Positions 38,780 through 52,306 of a stretch of DNA of 64,000 nucleotides are shown one piece after another. Position 1 is the stretch's first letter. Each line of letters opens with the position of its first letter. Position numbers and translations under genes: made by a program. The DNA is from Adineta vaga (lineage: Eukaryota; Animalia; Rotifera). The notes beneath the pieces are model-generated. The model was not told the DNA's origin. It made no database searches and saw nothing but the letters and a program-made list of their open reading frames with translations. Location of the stretch: positions 1,550,001 to 1,614,000 of the forward strand of contig CP075496.1 in assembly GCA_021613535.1 (NCBI GenBank). The letters run 5' to 3'.

Positions 38780-39793
38780 ATGAAACATCTCAATATTCTC
38801 TCTCTATTAGTCGGAATTCTTTTTCAGACAATCGATCTTTTCATAACCAATGATCCTATACTAATTGCATCACCATATCCGTTTAATACATCAAAATCTT
38901 CATCTTTTGAATGTTTTAGTAATGATCAAGGAATTATTCTTTCTTTGACTATCATTGCAACAATGTTCAATACAACATCTACATCATCATTAAAGACTAC
39001 TGAAGAAAATATAATCCATAATGGAAGTATCGTTCTAACGATTCCGATATTATTTAATTATTCACAATTATATTCGAAAATTGAATGTCGATCTAAGTAT
39101 CATTATGGACAACACAAATTTAGTCAACTTGAAGTTTTTTCAGTTGCGGAAATACCGGGAAAAGACTTTCTTTCAATGAGTAGTTCTACAAATCAACTAG
39201 CAACTATCCATTGTCTTACATATGGGACAAATGTTTGTATGTAAAAACATGTTAATGAGATAGTTTTTCTCAATATTTTTCTAGTAATTCATTGGGATTT
39301 TACTCCGGATTTGACAAATAAGAAATTCAGTTCATTACCATTTGGTATTCGTATAACATATCGATTTATATTAAATGATACATTAATTATTGATCATGTT
39401 TCCTATTCGGATCATCATGGTTATTATCGTTGTAATGCAACGAATCAATTTCGCAATCAACTTTATGAAGATAAACGTGTCTTTCATTTGACTGTAAAGA
39501 AAGGTTCGATTTGGATTCCAATTGTAATCGTTTGTGTTGCGATTGGTCTTGCAATTTTATTACTGATTCTTTGTTCGAAATATTGTCAGAAAAGAAAACA
39601 ACGATTAGAGAGGAAAAGTTTGTCAAATGAAAACGATTCAGAAGTATTACCAATTGACCAGAAAAATGTTTTGACATTATCTCGTTCTGCTAAATCACAA
39701 ATCTCATCAATATCAATCGAAAGAGAACGACGAGAACCTCAATTTGTTCTTGGAAATCCATTTCTTGATCCAAATGTTCAATCAATTCTTTGA
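38780..39793 (+). CDS. Immunoglobulin-superfamily single-pass membrane protein
   Basis: Signal peptide MKHLNILSLLVGILFQ; Ig pattern ATIHCLTYG...IHW...LIIDHVSYSDHHGYYRCNATN; TM IWIPIVIVCVAIGLAILLLILC; one intron ~39233-39284. Confidence 0.75.
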
Positions 39794-40330
39794 TATAATC
39801 TCATTTAATATGCGTTTATTTTCTTGAAAGATGAAATTAGAATCTTGAATAATAATAAGCAGGAAGATTTGATTACACAGATCTTTTTGTTTGTTTTTTC
39901 TTTCCGAAGAAACGTATCATGTTTGTAGACAATCAAGGAAAAGTAAATAATGATCGAACTATCAGGGTTACGATCTCATTTCAATGAATAACATTAAAAT
40001 TTATTTGACATTCGATCAATTATATTGATTTTCGTACGTCAATAGTACTCTATTCATTCACATCGATTGATTTCATTCACGATTTCAATCGTCATAACAC
40101 AATTTAATCAAGGTTTTCCTTCATTTTTATCAAAGTATATTAACTATCGAATAACTAATCAAATTGACAACCTATGATCATATTCTAATCATAAACAAAA
40201 TCATCCAAGCGTATTTACAAAATACTTAAATCTGATGATTGGTTATCTGATATAATTCATTCTTTGAATGACTATATATTAATTTCAATTAAATAAAAGA
40301 TGTCTCATGAAAATAATTCGGTTTCTTTTT

Positions 40331-41514
40331 CTAATAAAGAAAAGCAGCATCGTCTTTCAATCGTCGAAGCATATTTGTTCGTCTCATGGAATCGGATGTT
40401 GTTGTTCGAGATGCTAAAAATTTACCATATGGATTTTTTTGTTGAAAATAATCCGTTGATGGAGTTGTGGATGAAACTAAATCAGGTGGAACAGACGGAA
40501 GTTGAATAATTGAAATTTTCTCATTCTCAATATTTGCTGTTGGCATCATTAATTGTCTTAAACTATGTGTCCATTCAGTTTCATAAATTGGTGTTGTAAC
40601 ATCCGGAGATAATGACGGTGGATTTGTAGTTGGAAGAACTGTTTCATAGATATTGACTGAATTAGAATTTATGAGATTTGTATCGTCAAGAGGAGGAGAA
40701 GGAAGTTGTGTTACGTCGATTGAGATAGCTGCGGCTGGAATGGAATGTTCTTGTGGAGTTAAACGACGAAGAATTTGTGCACGATCATTGGTATTTTTTA
40801 TATATGAAAATGGACGAACACATGGACCTAAATTAGTTTTCATGATAGTTGTCTTTGGAACAGATATCGATGATTTCGCTTTTACCTTTCGCTGATGAAG
40901 GTGGAGGAGGACGAAGGGAGATATTGTTCGTTTTATCTGTAGTTGTTTGTAATGGTAATTTACTCGTTTCATTTTGCAGAAGTGAAGCTATTCAAACAGA
41001 GAATAAATAATCAAAAGTATGTTTTCGTTTCCTTTGAAAGATGAAACTTACGTTTATTATCTTTTGGTAATGTACCAGATCCAAGAAATGATCGAAATGA
41101 ACTACACGGTGATACAGGATTCACAATTGTATCAATAGTTGTACAACTTGTTTCCATATTTGGACCTGTGGGTGCCACGGCTTTACTATTGATCAGATGT
41201 GGACATGAATCATATAATTGTGAGAAATCTGCTACATCACTTGGATGACGTCGAATAAAACCAATTTTTTTCGAATCATTACGACCCGTTTTATTCAAAT
41301 GTTCTGATCTTCGACGTAGTTTGTACGATGAATGTCGATGATTTCGTAAACAACAGAAAGAACATGGTGATAACGAAAAACAACAATAACAGGATGTACA
41401 TAAAAGAATAACTAAACCAAGTATGGCAATCAATGTTAATAAACCAACAATTCCATAGATAAGATAAGTATCAAATAATGACGATGTTGATGACAAAACG
41501 AATTGTTCATTCAT
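40331..41514 (-). CDS. Single-pass membrane protein with juxtamembrane Cys cluster and Tyr-motif-rich disordered tail (353 aa, 3 exons)
   Basis: Exons 41514-41052, 40987-40886, 40827-40331 splice in frame. Short N-terminus, TM YLIYGIVGLLTLIAILGLVILL, then CTSCYCCFSLSPCSFCC and a basic patch; tail motifs LYDS, IYETV, IYETE, DYFQ, NPYG. Confidence 0.72.
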
Positions 41515-42701
41515 AATATTCACTAAATAAATGAGAACGATTCTTTGCGTACAAATAACAGATTTGTCACCGAAATGAACGATAGAGAAAGAAGAAAAAA
41601 AAACAACATATGTCATTAGAGATGTTGATGAGAGAAAGGAGAAATTCGAATACTCTGTTAGAGTCACGTCTACATTTTTTTTATGAATAATTGGTGTATA
41701 CATACACAATGAATGTTCGCACGAGGCGATGTTTGCTTATGGTGTATAAAAGTATACATATCCCTTTTCATAGAAAATATTTTGTTTTATAATTTGAATA
41801 CAAAAGAAAATTTACTCTTTTCGATTAATTTATTTTATCTCAAGTTTATCTTCTTGTTCTTCTTGTATTTTATTCAAATTTAACAAGTGTATATAAACGA
41901 TCATATAAGTTGAATATACATATCGATACAATCTTTATTACGTCTCGAAGATTTTCATGGTCAAACATAAGAATAAAATAACGAAAATGGTGTTATATCA
42001 CATTGAATTATAATCAACAAAGTGCGATGAAAAACGAAAGTAATCTCTCCAATAAATTTCTTCACACGTACATGTATGTGTGTAGATTGAACGACGAAGA
42101 AGTATTATTAAAAAAAAGATTCATATTAAGAGATCTACTCACTTGTAAAATCTGTACCTATGTATGACAAGAAGTATTGACTTTATCGAATGACGGCAGT
42201 ACATATAGACAGTGCATGATGATGATGATGATGAACAGTAAACTATTTCTCGATACATATGATGGTGACAGTTTGAACCGACAGTACCTAATCCTCTTCC
42301 TTACTTGAGCTCTTTCGAAATACAAAAAAGTGATCGTCGGTCATTCATTCCCGTCGCCCATCTGTTTGCTTGACCTTTTAATTGAGCACATACAAAAGCA
42401 GTCATTGTAGACATGCTACTTATATCTTTACCAATACACATGAACCCATGTACTTCGTTGACGTGAAATCAACTGATGACAAAAAAAAAGAAGAAGAAAA
42501 ATCTTCTGATTGACTCATTATATCTCACAAAAGAAAAAAAGCCTCAAGTATTTGATAACGTACACGATGCACAATTTCTCGCTTCACTTGTTTTTGTCAT
42601 ATGTAATATAAATATAAAAAAAACATCGATCATTATACATGTACCAGTATTGCGATATATATATATATCTCACATAACTTCGTTGACTATTAGAAAGTAA
42701 A

Positions 42702-43888
42702 ATGGCGTCATTAAATGACAATGAAACAGGTTTCTCGGAAAATGATATACATTTTGCTCGTCAAACATTCTTTCGTGATTGTCCAAATGGATTTTGTTCG
42801 AAACGAAAATTTCTCACTTTTCTAAGGAAATCATCTGTTTATCCTTCATTTCAAAAATCGACACGTTCAAACATCCTTGTTCAAATATTACTCACGCGAC
42901 AAACTTATCGTCAAAGTCGAAAATTTTTCTCCATGATGTTCGATATCTATGATCGTAATCATGATGGTCAATTAGATTTTCACGAATATCTTTATGCTTT
43001 ATCTGCATTAACTGGTGCAAATCGTTTACGTACAATTGAAACTTTATACAATTTTTTTGATAATAACAATCAAGGTTATATCACACGACAAGAATTTAAT
43101 TCTCGAAAGAAACTAGCAGCACAATTTCTTGGTCAATATCAACCGAATATCAATGAACATTTGTTATATGAACAAGCATTTAATACAATTGATACAAATC
43201 AAGATGGACGAATAACAAAAGAAGAATTTATTCAATGGTATTTTCAAGATCATTTCACAAATGATGAAATTAAACCAATTAAAAAACGAACACGTTTATT
43301 AAAAAATCTCACGACTCTTGTTGATCTTCGTGGTGGACAAATCAAAACATCATCATTACAAACGATTGATCAGAATAAAAACTCGATCGATGCTTGGTTA
43401 GAAACAACATTAAATAATCCACATCAACAATCGGAGTAAAATTTTCTTTTCTTACATATTTACATTTTCAATCCTTTTCTTTTCAAAGAATTTCATCGAT
43501 ACCATCATCTCCAATGTCAATAAATGCCGATCGATATTTATTGAAAGTTCTTCGTCGAGCAAGAAATCGTTTTATTCAATCACGACATTCACAAAGCAAA
43601 CGAATAATAATTGATAATCAATCGGATTCAGGTGTATTTACGTCATCATCAATAACGAATTTTAATGATAATGATGATGAATCAGATAGTTTACGCGATA
43701 CAGATGAAGATTATTTACAATCTATTGAAACAGATGATCCAACTAATGAACTTTTATGTCAATCATTAGAAGCTGTTCTAATGGAAACCTTACTTGAATT
43801 AAGACAACATCGACAACGACGTTCAACAAATTTAAATATAAGTCGAACAATGAATAATACAGAAGAATTAGTAATAACGCGATTATGA
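42702..43888 (+). CDS. Neuronal calcium sensor/recoverin-like EF-hand protein with long C-terminal extension
   Basis: Inactive-type EF1 FFRDCPNG; EF loops DRNHDGQLDFHE, DNNNQGYITRQE, DTNQDGRITKEE; one intron ~43436-43488 joins to the 43514 ORF. Confidence 0.8.
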
Positions 43889-45981
43889 AAGAAAATCGAA
43901 CGAACAAAACGTCGAATGATTAGATTAACCTGTCAAGTCATTTGATAAGCTGAAGAAAAATGAAATTTTTCTCTTCTTTTATCATATCAAAATAAGTCTA
44001 TGATCAAATATGTCAGGTGATATTTAACCGGTAATGTCTTATTTACATTTCATATGGATAAAACTCTACTAATCTTTAATCAACAACTTCAAAATGTTTT
44101 TGAAAAGACTCATTCATTCTTTCTTATTTCAATGTTAATTTGTGATGCATATCGAACAGTACTATTTTCATAAGCAAATGATTAATCCAACGAATTTATA
44201 TATTGATTGTCGTTCATTTATTTGAAATTATCAAGATAAATCTTCATTCATTAATTTGTTTTCGGTATTTAACCTGTTTGTTACTTGTCATTGTCTATTC
44301 GTATATTTTTCTATCTTATGAATCGTTTTTCTTTGTGTTAATAATCATATTCATTATAAAAAGAATGTGATGTAACGAACAATAGACTTTCTTTGTAATT
44401 ATATTAGTATAAATGATACTCATTAACCTTTTTTGCTTTTGAAAAACTGATATTCTATTCTCTAATCGTACAAATCGATGTGTGTTCGAGAGAATTTCAA
44501 CAGTATGTATTTCGTATTCATATGATTATGTGAGTTTTGTCAAATATCCCGTGTTTCGGAGACGAAGTATTTTATAATCAGTAAGTCATCAAGTTCAAAA
44601 AAGCATCTGTATCATCTTAATAGTAAATTGTTGGAAAATTCTTACATATTCAAAAGAGTTTGATTGAAGTTTTCTAGAAAACGAAATAAGATCTTATTAT
44701 TGTCGAAAATAAATGTTACAATCGATTGCTCAAAAATGATCAAAGTCATTCAGTTGAAAAACACGACATTCTATCGCTTTTATTTTTATTTAATATTTTA
44801 GCAACGATCGATCACAGCATCAAATACTGGTATCTCACCATCGACAATCATTGTCATTCAATGCACTGTCGTCGACAATCTCAGTATATAAATCTTCATC
44901 TGTAGACAACCGGATGAGAATATTACTTCTATTATTGGAAATCTACCAGGTTCGAACAGTTATTTCTGAGGTAATTGTGCTCGATGTCGTACTCAAATCT
45001 ATCTTGATGCATTATTGAATCGTGACAATTTCTTTTTAACATTTATTGCTGATAATGGTACTCGATTCATATTTTTCATAACAATTCTCTTAGGTAAGAA
45101 AAAAGAACACTTCTTGAATAATTCGAAGCAGGTTTCACCGCACAAGATTTTACCGCTGCATATTTTACTCAAGAATCCTATGATTATTTCAATATTATTT
45201 ATGTTCATGAACTAGCACATGTTCGAAATTACATAAGTGTAGCAAGAGTGTTAGAAAATATTAATGTAATGACGTAAGACGGTCCGCATCGATTTTTTAG
45301 TTGATTTATCTACGATTATTATTTGTTTTGTATTTAGGTGCTGCTGATCCTACATTAAGACAAATGAGTACAACAGTCGCAACAGGTAAATCGAAGAAAT
45401 TTCATTCTATATGAAACTGTTCATCATTCTAGTCGAAGCTCGTCATACTGGTTATCTTAACTGTCTCTCTCTCTCTCTCAATAATTTAATTCCATTTCCA
45501 AATGTATTTGAAAATGCCTCAACTCCAGATGTAATTATTCAAGTTATCAAGTCATTTATTATCTCCTGTCCGTTTGCAATTAACTGCTCCCACTGTTCCC
45601 TTTATTGGTTCATCAAATGATGCTATGATTACACCATGTATCAATGAACAGTATCATAATTATTTACGAATCCTTAATTTTGCTCTTACTACAGAATATT
45701 TAGAAGCCAATTTCTTTGGGTGAAGCAATTATTGCGACATTTGAAGCACGTTTTGTATTGTATGTCAATGGATTAAATGATATTGTTCCTTTTCCATCCA
45801 TAGTAGATGGAATACTTTCACCACGCGAAATAGTTATTTTTCTCAATGGTTTTCAGACATGTCCATTTATACCTGAACTAGATTTTCTAATATTAATACA
45901 TAAAGATAACATTTATTTGAAATTTTAATTACTATAAACAGAATAAGATCTACTCTTCCAGTGTAATAAAAGAAAAAAAAA

Positions 45982-47474
45982 TTAAATTATATGTTCTTTA
46001 CGTAAAGCATAATCAACAGCTTCTAATGCATCAGATTTAATCGTTGTTGGAATTGTCCACGGTAATTTTGGATTTAATTGATGAATAGTTGAATCATATA
46101 CTCCCGTACATACTAAAATTGACTCACAGATTTTCGCACCTAATAAACGTGGATGTGCTAGACGTCCACAACCAGTAAAACTATCTCTTGACTCTTTGCT
46201 TTTTTGAAGAAATGCATTGTAAACATTTGCACCAACGATATCAACTTCCGGATTATCTCTAAAACAAAAAATGTACAGAAAATGAAACATTTGAAATCTA
46301 ATACAAAGAATGAAACATACCCAATAAAATACATTCGTTCAATTTTTGTTTGACCTTTTGCACGTGCCACTTTATTTGCTATCATTTCAGCATATTGAAA
46401 AGATATTTCATAAGGTTTACCGACAAGTGCAGTGTACATCAAATCATTTCCACTTAATTTCTAAATGAATAATAATAATAAACTATTTCTAATTACAAAT
46501 TTCTTCATACTTTATACAATGCTTCAAGACATGTTAGAAATGCACCATGACCAAAGCGAGGTAGATCAGCAACAGCTTTGAATACTAAATCTTTGTTACA
46601 CGCAATTATTGGTATATGGCTACCAATATTTGATGAATTTGGAGTGATATTTGGATTTCCATGAGTTAATAAAATATCTGTTATGATTTGTAACGATGTT
46701 TCCCAATGAATTGGTTCACCAAGAAGTATAACAGCTAGAATATGTTCACATCATCAAAAGCTAATCATTACACAAGAACGAAAGTACCTTCAATTGGTCG
46801 AAAATCTTTTCCATGAACAAGACCTTGATTTTTAATTAATTCACACTAAAACAAACAAGAATAAATGGATTTAGTTGAAAATTAACTCGTTTTTTTTTTA
46901 AAATACCAATTGACTTCTATGTGTATGATCAACCATATCTAATTCAGGAAAATCTGTACATAATTTATCGATAGTTGTTACATCTTTAAAACCAACTCTA
47001 GAAGAAAAAAAAGAAGAAAATAAAATTAGAAATTAATCGAAATTTTTCTCTTTACATTCGAGCGATTTCTTCTACATCACCTTGTCCACATACTAAAACG
47101 TGTTTATGATGAAATTCAGTTAGACAACGCATTGGTGTATGTGCTAAAACAACTTGTTCAGGAAGAACCTAGAGAATATAAAATAATTCATTTGTTTCTT
47201 TTGGATTAAATTGTGTCCAAACTTACAGGTACATCAAGCATTGCTGCTAATTGTTCGGCTTTTTTCGATTCTAACATACATGTATTTGAAACAAATACAT
47301 AAGGAACATTATATTGAACCAATTTATGTAAAGCTGATTTAGCAGCAGGAATTGCACATGGACCTTTGGTAATAACACCATCAACATCAAAAAAACAGGC
47401 AAAGTTTGACTAGAGAGTTATACATAAGTACATATACAACGAGAGAGAATCTATCATACCGATTTTTTAGACAT
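45982..47474 (-). CDS. HDHD5: HAD-superfamily subfamily IIA hydrolase, HDHD5/CECR5-like
   Basis: Motif I FACFFDVDGVI; VPYVFVSN; EQVVLAHTPM; EAVILLGEPIHWETSLQIITDIL; PRFGHGAFLTCLEALYKKLSG; GKPYEISF; YFIGDNPEVDIVGAN; SILVCTGVY. Confidence 0.9.
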
Positions 47475-47552
47475 GATTTGATTTAAATTCGTTGGTTGGT
47501 TGTTTATTCGAAGAAGTTTTCGTTTTGTTTTTATGTTTGTAATGAAAGAATG

Positions 47553-47664
47553 AAGGGGCATATATATATATATGTTAGAAGAATGGAACGACGTCACAAG
47601 GGGCATACACAGATACACATATTAGAGGAAAAATGCGTTGTCACGAGGGGTATGTAGAAGAATG
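47553..47664. promoter_or_regulatory. Degenerate tandem motif (TAGAAGAATG...GTCACRAGGGGYAT) just upstream of the HDHD5-like start
   Basis: AAGGGGCATA at 47553, GTCACAAGGGGCATA at 47593, GTCACGAGGGGTATG at 47640, interleaved with TAGAAGAATG/TAGAGGAAAAATG. Confidence 0.4.
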
Positions 47665-48842
47665 TTCGTCGCGTATTTTTGAAGTGCTACACTCTAAACT
47701 TTGTCTTTACGTGCGCAGATTCGCTAATACGAGTTTTTCGCTGCATTTGGGTACATTATCCCGTCTTATCAATGGATAACGCCTTGCCATTTAGGTCAGA
47801 CGTGTGTATGCGATTGTGTTTTTCAGAATTCATTCTTCTCACTCTCTTCTAACTTCATCAGACAAACAATATTCATTTTTTTCTTCTAAAAGTACATATC
47901 TCTTTCTCTTTGTTTTCGATGTTTTTTATTGGATATATTTCAAGACTGATGATATAACTAGTATTTTGTCTTTGGACTATGCGTAGTCAAAGAACGAACT
48001 ATTATAGTTTTGGGATGGGAATGCGAATATCTGGTGATAGATTAGAGGAGTAATGATAAGAATGTGTGTGTGTGTGTGTCTTTATCTACGTTGAAGAGAA
48101 AGAAAATCTTACATACTTTCAGAATTAATGAAATGATAAATTTCATTTTTTGAATCAAATATGCATTGAAGGATAAGCATGCTTTTATATTTTCTAAATG
48201 AATTTGTAAAAGCATGTGATACAATTGAATGTTCGTGTCGATGAAGTACATATGCATCGAATAATTATTCGTTAAGAATCCATTTTTATGAATGATTTTG
48301 AAAGTATTGAAACAGGGAGAGACTATTCAATCTTTTGAACATTTAATTTCGATACAACAGAAGAAAATTTTGATCCTATTTGTCATTTTTATATTAGCAA
48401 GATTCGAATAATAAGAAATGAGACTTTCTTATTAGAAATAACGTTAAATACTCTACTGATATTATTCATTATTATCGATCTTTCTCGCATTAAGTACAGA
48501 ATAATGTCTTATAATACATAGTACGAATTCACCCTATCATCTGACAAGATATTCATATAAACAAAACACATTCTTATCAAGAATTTCGTCTCTACGTGCA
48601 ATTGTATGATCATTCATACAAGTAAATTCAAATCTCGATGGATCTATTCTTTGTTTTTTTGTTTTTTTTTGTAATAACACGTTGAATATCTGATTATTAA
48701 TCATATATATTTTTTTCGCTAAAAAGATGAACCGGACATACAAATATACACAAGAGAAGAGAGAGAAAAACAGACCACATTGACTACAAATAGAATAGAA
48801 AAAAAGAGAACGAGATAGTAAAAAACAAAGGAACAAGGAATT

Positions 48843-50855
48843 CTATTGATGAGTATTCGTCGAGATAAAATGTGGTCGATATCTTGGTGGAGGTTCAATT
48901 GTTTTTCCTGATGATGAAGTTGAATCATTTAATTTTTCTTGTTCAACACTAACATGTTGTTCAATTCCATAACGAAATGCACATTTTCCTGACATAACTG
49001 TTCGAACTGTTTGTGTTTGTTCATGAACTTCAAATTGACCGGCACTTGCTCCTGATCCACCTGCACGTAGTGCATCAGCAAAAATTGTTGCTAAATCACC
49101 TTCCATATATTTATAATAACCTCCGGTATTATTTCGTGAACTAATCATCGCTGATATTCGACCACTAAAACGAACTTCAACAGAAAAATCTGCCGAATAT
49201 TCCTCTTCAGTAATATTCAATCTAAATAAATTTGCAATTGATAGAACAAAATATAATTCAAAAAAGAAAAGTAAGATGAGAAAATACTTACTCAGCATTT
49301 GCCCTTGAATGTGGCGCAACACGAATAGCCGAATCAGCTGACCAAGTCATTTGTGTTTCAAATGTTGAATCTTTTCCATAATCAACACGTTGTTCATGTC
49401 GAATACCTCCACCAACTTCGAGAACTTCATTAGGTAATTTCAAAGTCACTGTTCCTTCTTTTTCTTTTGTAAAACCACGCATAAAACTAAATGTCAATGT
49501 CGTTATTGTTGAACGTTCAGCACGTAAAGAATATTCTTGTTCACTTTCTGTATTATTCGAAAAATGTGTACGAAATAAGATTTGTGATTTCGGAATACGT
49601 AATTGAGCAGGTCGAGTAAAAACAGCTTCGGATTGCCAAAAATTGACACGTTTCCAATTGATTTTTACATCCAATTCTTCTCGACGATATTTCGAATCTT
49701 CGCGCGAACGTTTTGATAATTCCCACATTTTCCATACCTACAAGCAACAAATCGTTTTCTTTGATCGTATCAAAGAGAAAAAAAGAAGGGAAGCGTGACA
49801 TGACATGTACTTTACATCTCGAATTTCATCAGAGAATGAATTTGACACCATTTCCTTATTAAAATCATTGAAGAGAATACGTTTCCGTCTGATTCAAGAG
49901 AAAAAGAATCCGATTCTATCTAACATCATTTCTTTCTTCTCTTCATTTCAAAGTACCTCAATTGAAGTAATAGATGTCTCGTCTTATGATGCAATTCATC
50001 GTATTCGATTATGTTCAGTCTGTGAGTAATATATTGTTGTATATTATACACCTGCTGTGTTCTCTTTGCGTATGTTTAAACAGCATGATGTCTTTCAGCT
50101 TACCCATTTTTCGATGATTTCATCGAGATCAACAATTGTTTTATTATTGGGTGTTGCATCCAAACGTTCTTTGATTTCTTGTCGTTGAAGAGTCATTGGC
50201 TAGAAAGAAAAAGAAAAAGAATAAGAATAAGATAAGAATGCATTAAATTCAGGAAATGATCCGTCAAATAGTGAACATATGAAGTCGGACATCTATTCTC
50301 TCCACTTGTACATGAAGGAAATTAAGCAGAAATGATTCATAATCGGTATGTTACTCAAATCATTACTAAGCATGATGAATTTTAGCTATGATGGCGGCAT
50401 TTGTCAAGCATCGAAGTAGAAAAACAAACATAAACTGCTTTCGCCCCGAAGAATAAGCAAAAGAGAAAAGAGAAAAAAAATCACATGTGTCTGTGATTCA
50501 ATCGATAGAAGTTTATTTAGATAGTGAAATTAGATCGACTCAACATAGTATAGGTATATAAAATCGATACAATATTTGAAAAGGGCATACTTGAGACTAT
50601 ATACTTTCATTGATCACGAATTATTCGAACTTCAATCGATGATTAGAATCTAAACTCACACTAATGATGAATTTATTACATAGCATTCTTTTCAATCAAT
50701 GTGAAAATATGTAATTAAATGTTTTTCTGCTTTCGAAATTTACTTACACTCTTGCTTTGATTATTCAACATTGGATGGTTATGTATGAGTCTTTCAGTAG
50801 CTTTACTCGAGATATCAGTAAACGTTGTATTACTCATATTCGTTATACCCGACAT
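48843..50855 (-). CDS. Aerolysin/ETX-MTX2-type beta-pore-forming protein, LIN-24-like (342 aa, 4 exons)
   Basis: Exons 50855-50748, 50199-50104, 49737-49292, 49221-48843 in frame. DLDEIIEKW...INWKRV; LFRTHFSNNTESEQEYSLRAERST; LKLPNEVLEVGGG; TWSADSAIRVAPHSRANAELNITE; EGDLATIF; GKCAFRYGIEQHV, collinear with C. elegans LIN-24 family motifs as recalled. Confidence 0.82.
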
Positions 50856-52285
50856 AGTAAAAATAAGAAAAAAATATGGCAATGAGGGTTAGATTCTTTT
50901 TTTCTACAATGGTCGTTTCTGATTCTCACATTTTTTTTCTTTTTCTCTTTCTACCACTTACAAGAGAATGTTATGTTGATGACGGCACAGGAAGAGAGTG
51001 AGGGAACAAAAAGAGAGAGAGAGAGAGAAAGAAAGAATAGTTTCAGATGCTTATATCCAATCGGCGACAAGCACCAATCGAGAAGTTCTTCCTTCTCTAT
51101 CATAAAAAAATATGGAGAAGAGGACAAAGAAGGTTCTTTGTTATCTCTTTTTATCTCGTTCTTTCTTATTGTGCAAATTCTACCGAACATGTGTTTACTC
51201 AGTTCGAGAGAAGAAGAAGAAGAACACAAACTCATTTTGTTAAAAGCTTCGTGTAGGTCGCATGTTTAACAACGATTATAAATGTCCATTCTCTCAGAGG
51301 AATTACTACTAGTAGTTCACTTCGGGTTTTTTTTCATGAAAAAGTAACAGTCAGAAGGGCAAAAAGTCAATTATTTTTCTTGATTCGCATATGCTTGAAG
51401 CTGAATAATATATGCACGAACGATCGGTAGACTACACAGTGAGTCAGTGGATGTGACTAATCGGATTGTCTACTGTATTATTAAAAAAGAAGTGAAGAGC
51501 ATTATAATAACTTCCTCTTGAAAAGATTAGTCGTAGATTGATTTGAATTACTTTATCTTCGAAAGAAGAGTCAACCTGTCGTTGAACGAACATTTTTCTT
51601 TTCTTGTTATTAAACAGATATTTCAAGTCATTTGGTACCTGTTTCATTGCTATTATAGGAATTTTATTCAGTAGATAAGAGAATAATTTTCCTCTTTATC
51701 TCTTGTTTTTATCTTCTTTGATTGTTTTATTTTCTTTGAAGAATATCCCTTCACTTATTTTTGTTTATATCCAAATGTCATGAACTATTTACTGATGATT
51801 CATCATTATTTCTTTTTACAATAATCATTCTGATATCATTTGAGATTAGACAAGTAAGAAGAAAATCTAACACTTTTTCTTTTGACCATATGTATCTTTT
51901 AACACCTAACTTATTCATTGAGACAGCAGTAATACTGGTAGTTAATTCAATTCTTTTTTTTCTTTGCCTTCGGCTATCATCAATGTACAATCTGTAAGAA
52001 CAAACAACAAGTACACTTGAATCAATTGACAAGTCTTTTCTCTCGTCGCTTTGATCATCAACTAATCAGTAGCTCTTAGGACAATACTTTCTATTTCTCT
52101 TTACATAAATGAAATACAGAAGAAGAGGAAGAAGCTTACCGAATGACGAACCATGATGATGAAGACACCTTGCAATGCGTAAACAAACAACAATCGGATT
52201 AATACAAATGAATATTTAAAGTTCGTCGAGATGTTCTAATCTTCGTTCACCTATATTCGAACGTTGTGTAAACAAGTAAGAATAA

Positions 52286-52306
52286 TATATATATATATAT
52301 ATATAT
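52286..52306 (+). repeat. (TA)n microsatellite
   Basis: About 10 tandem AT units. Confidence 0.8.
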
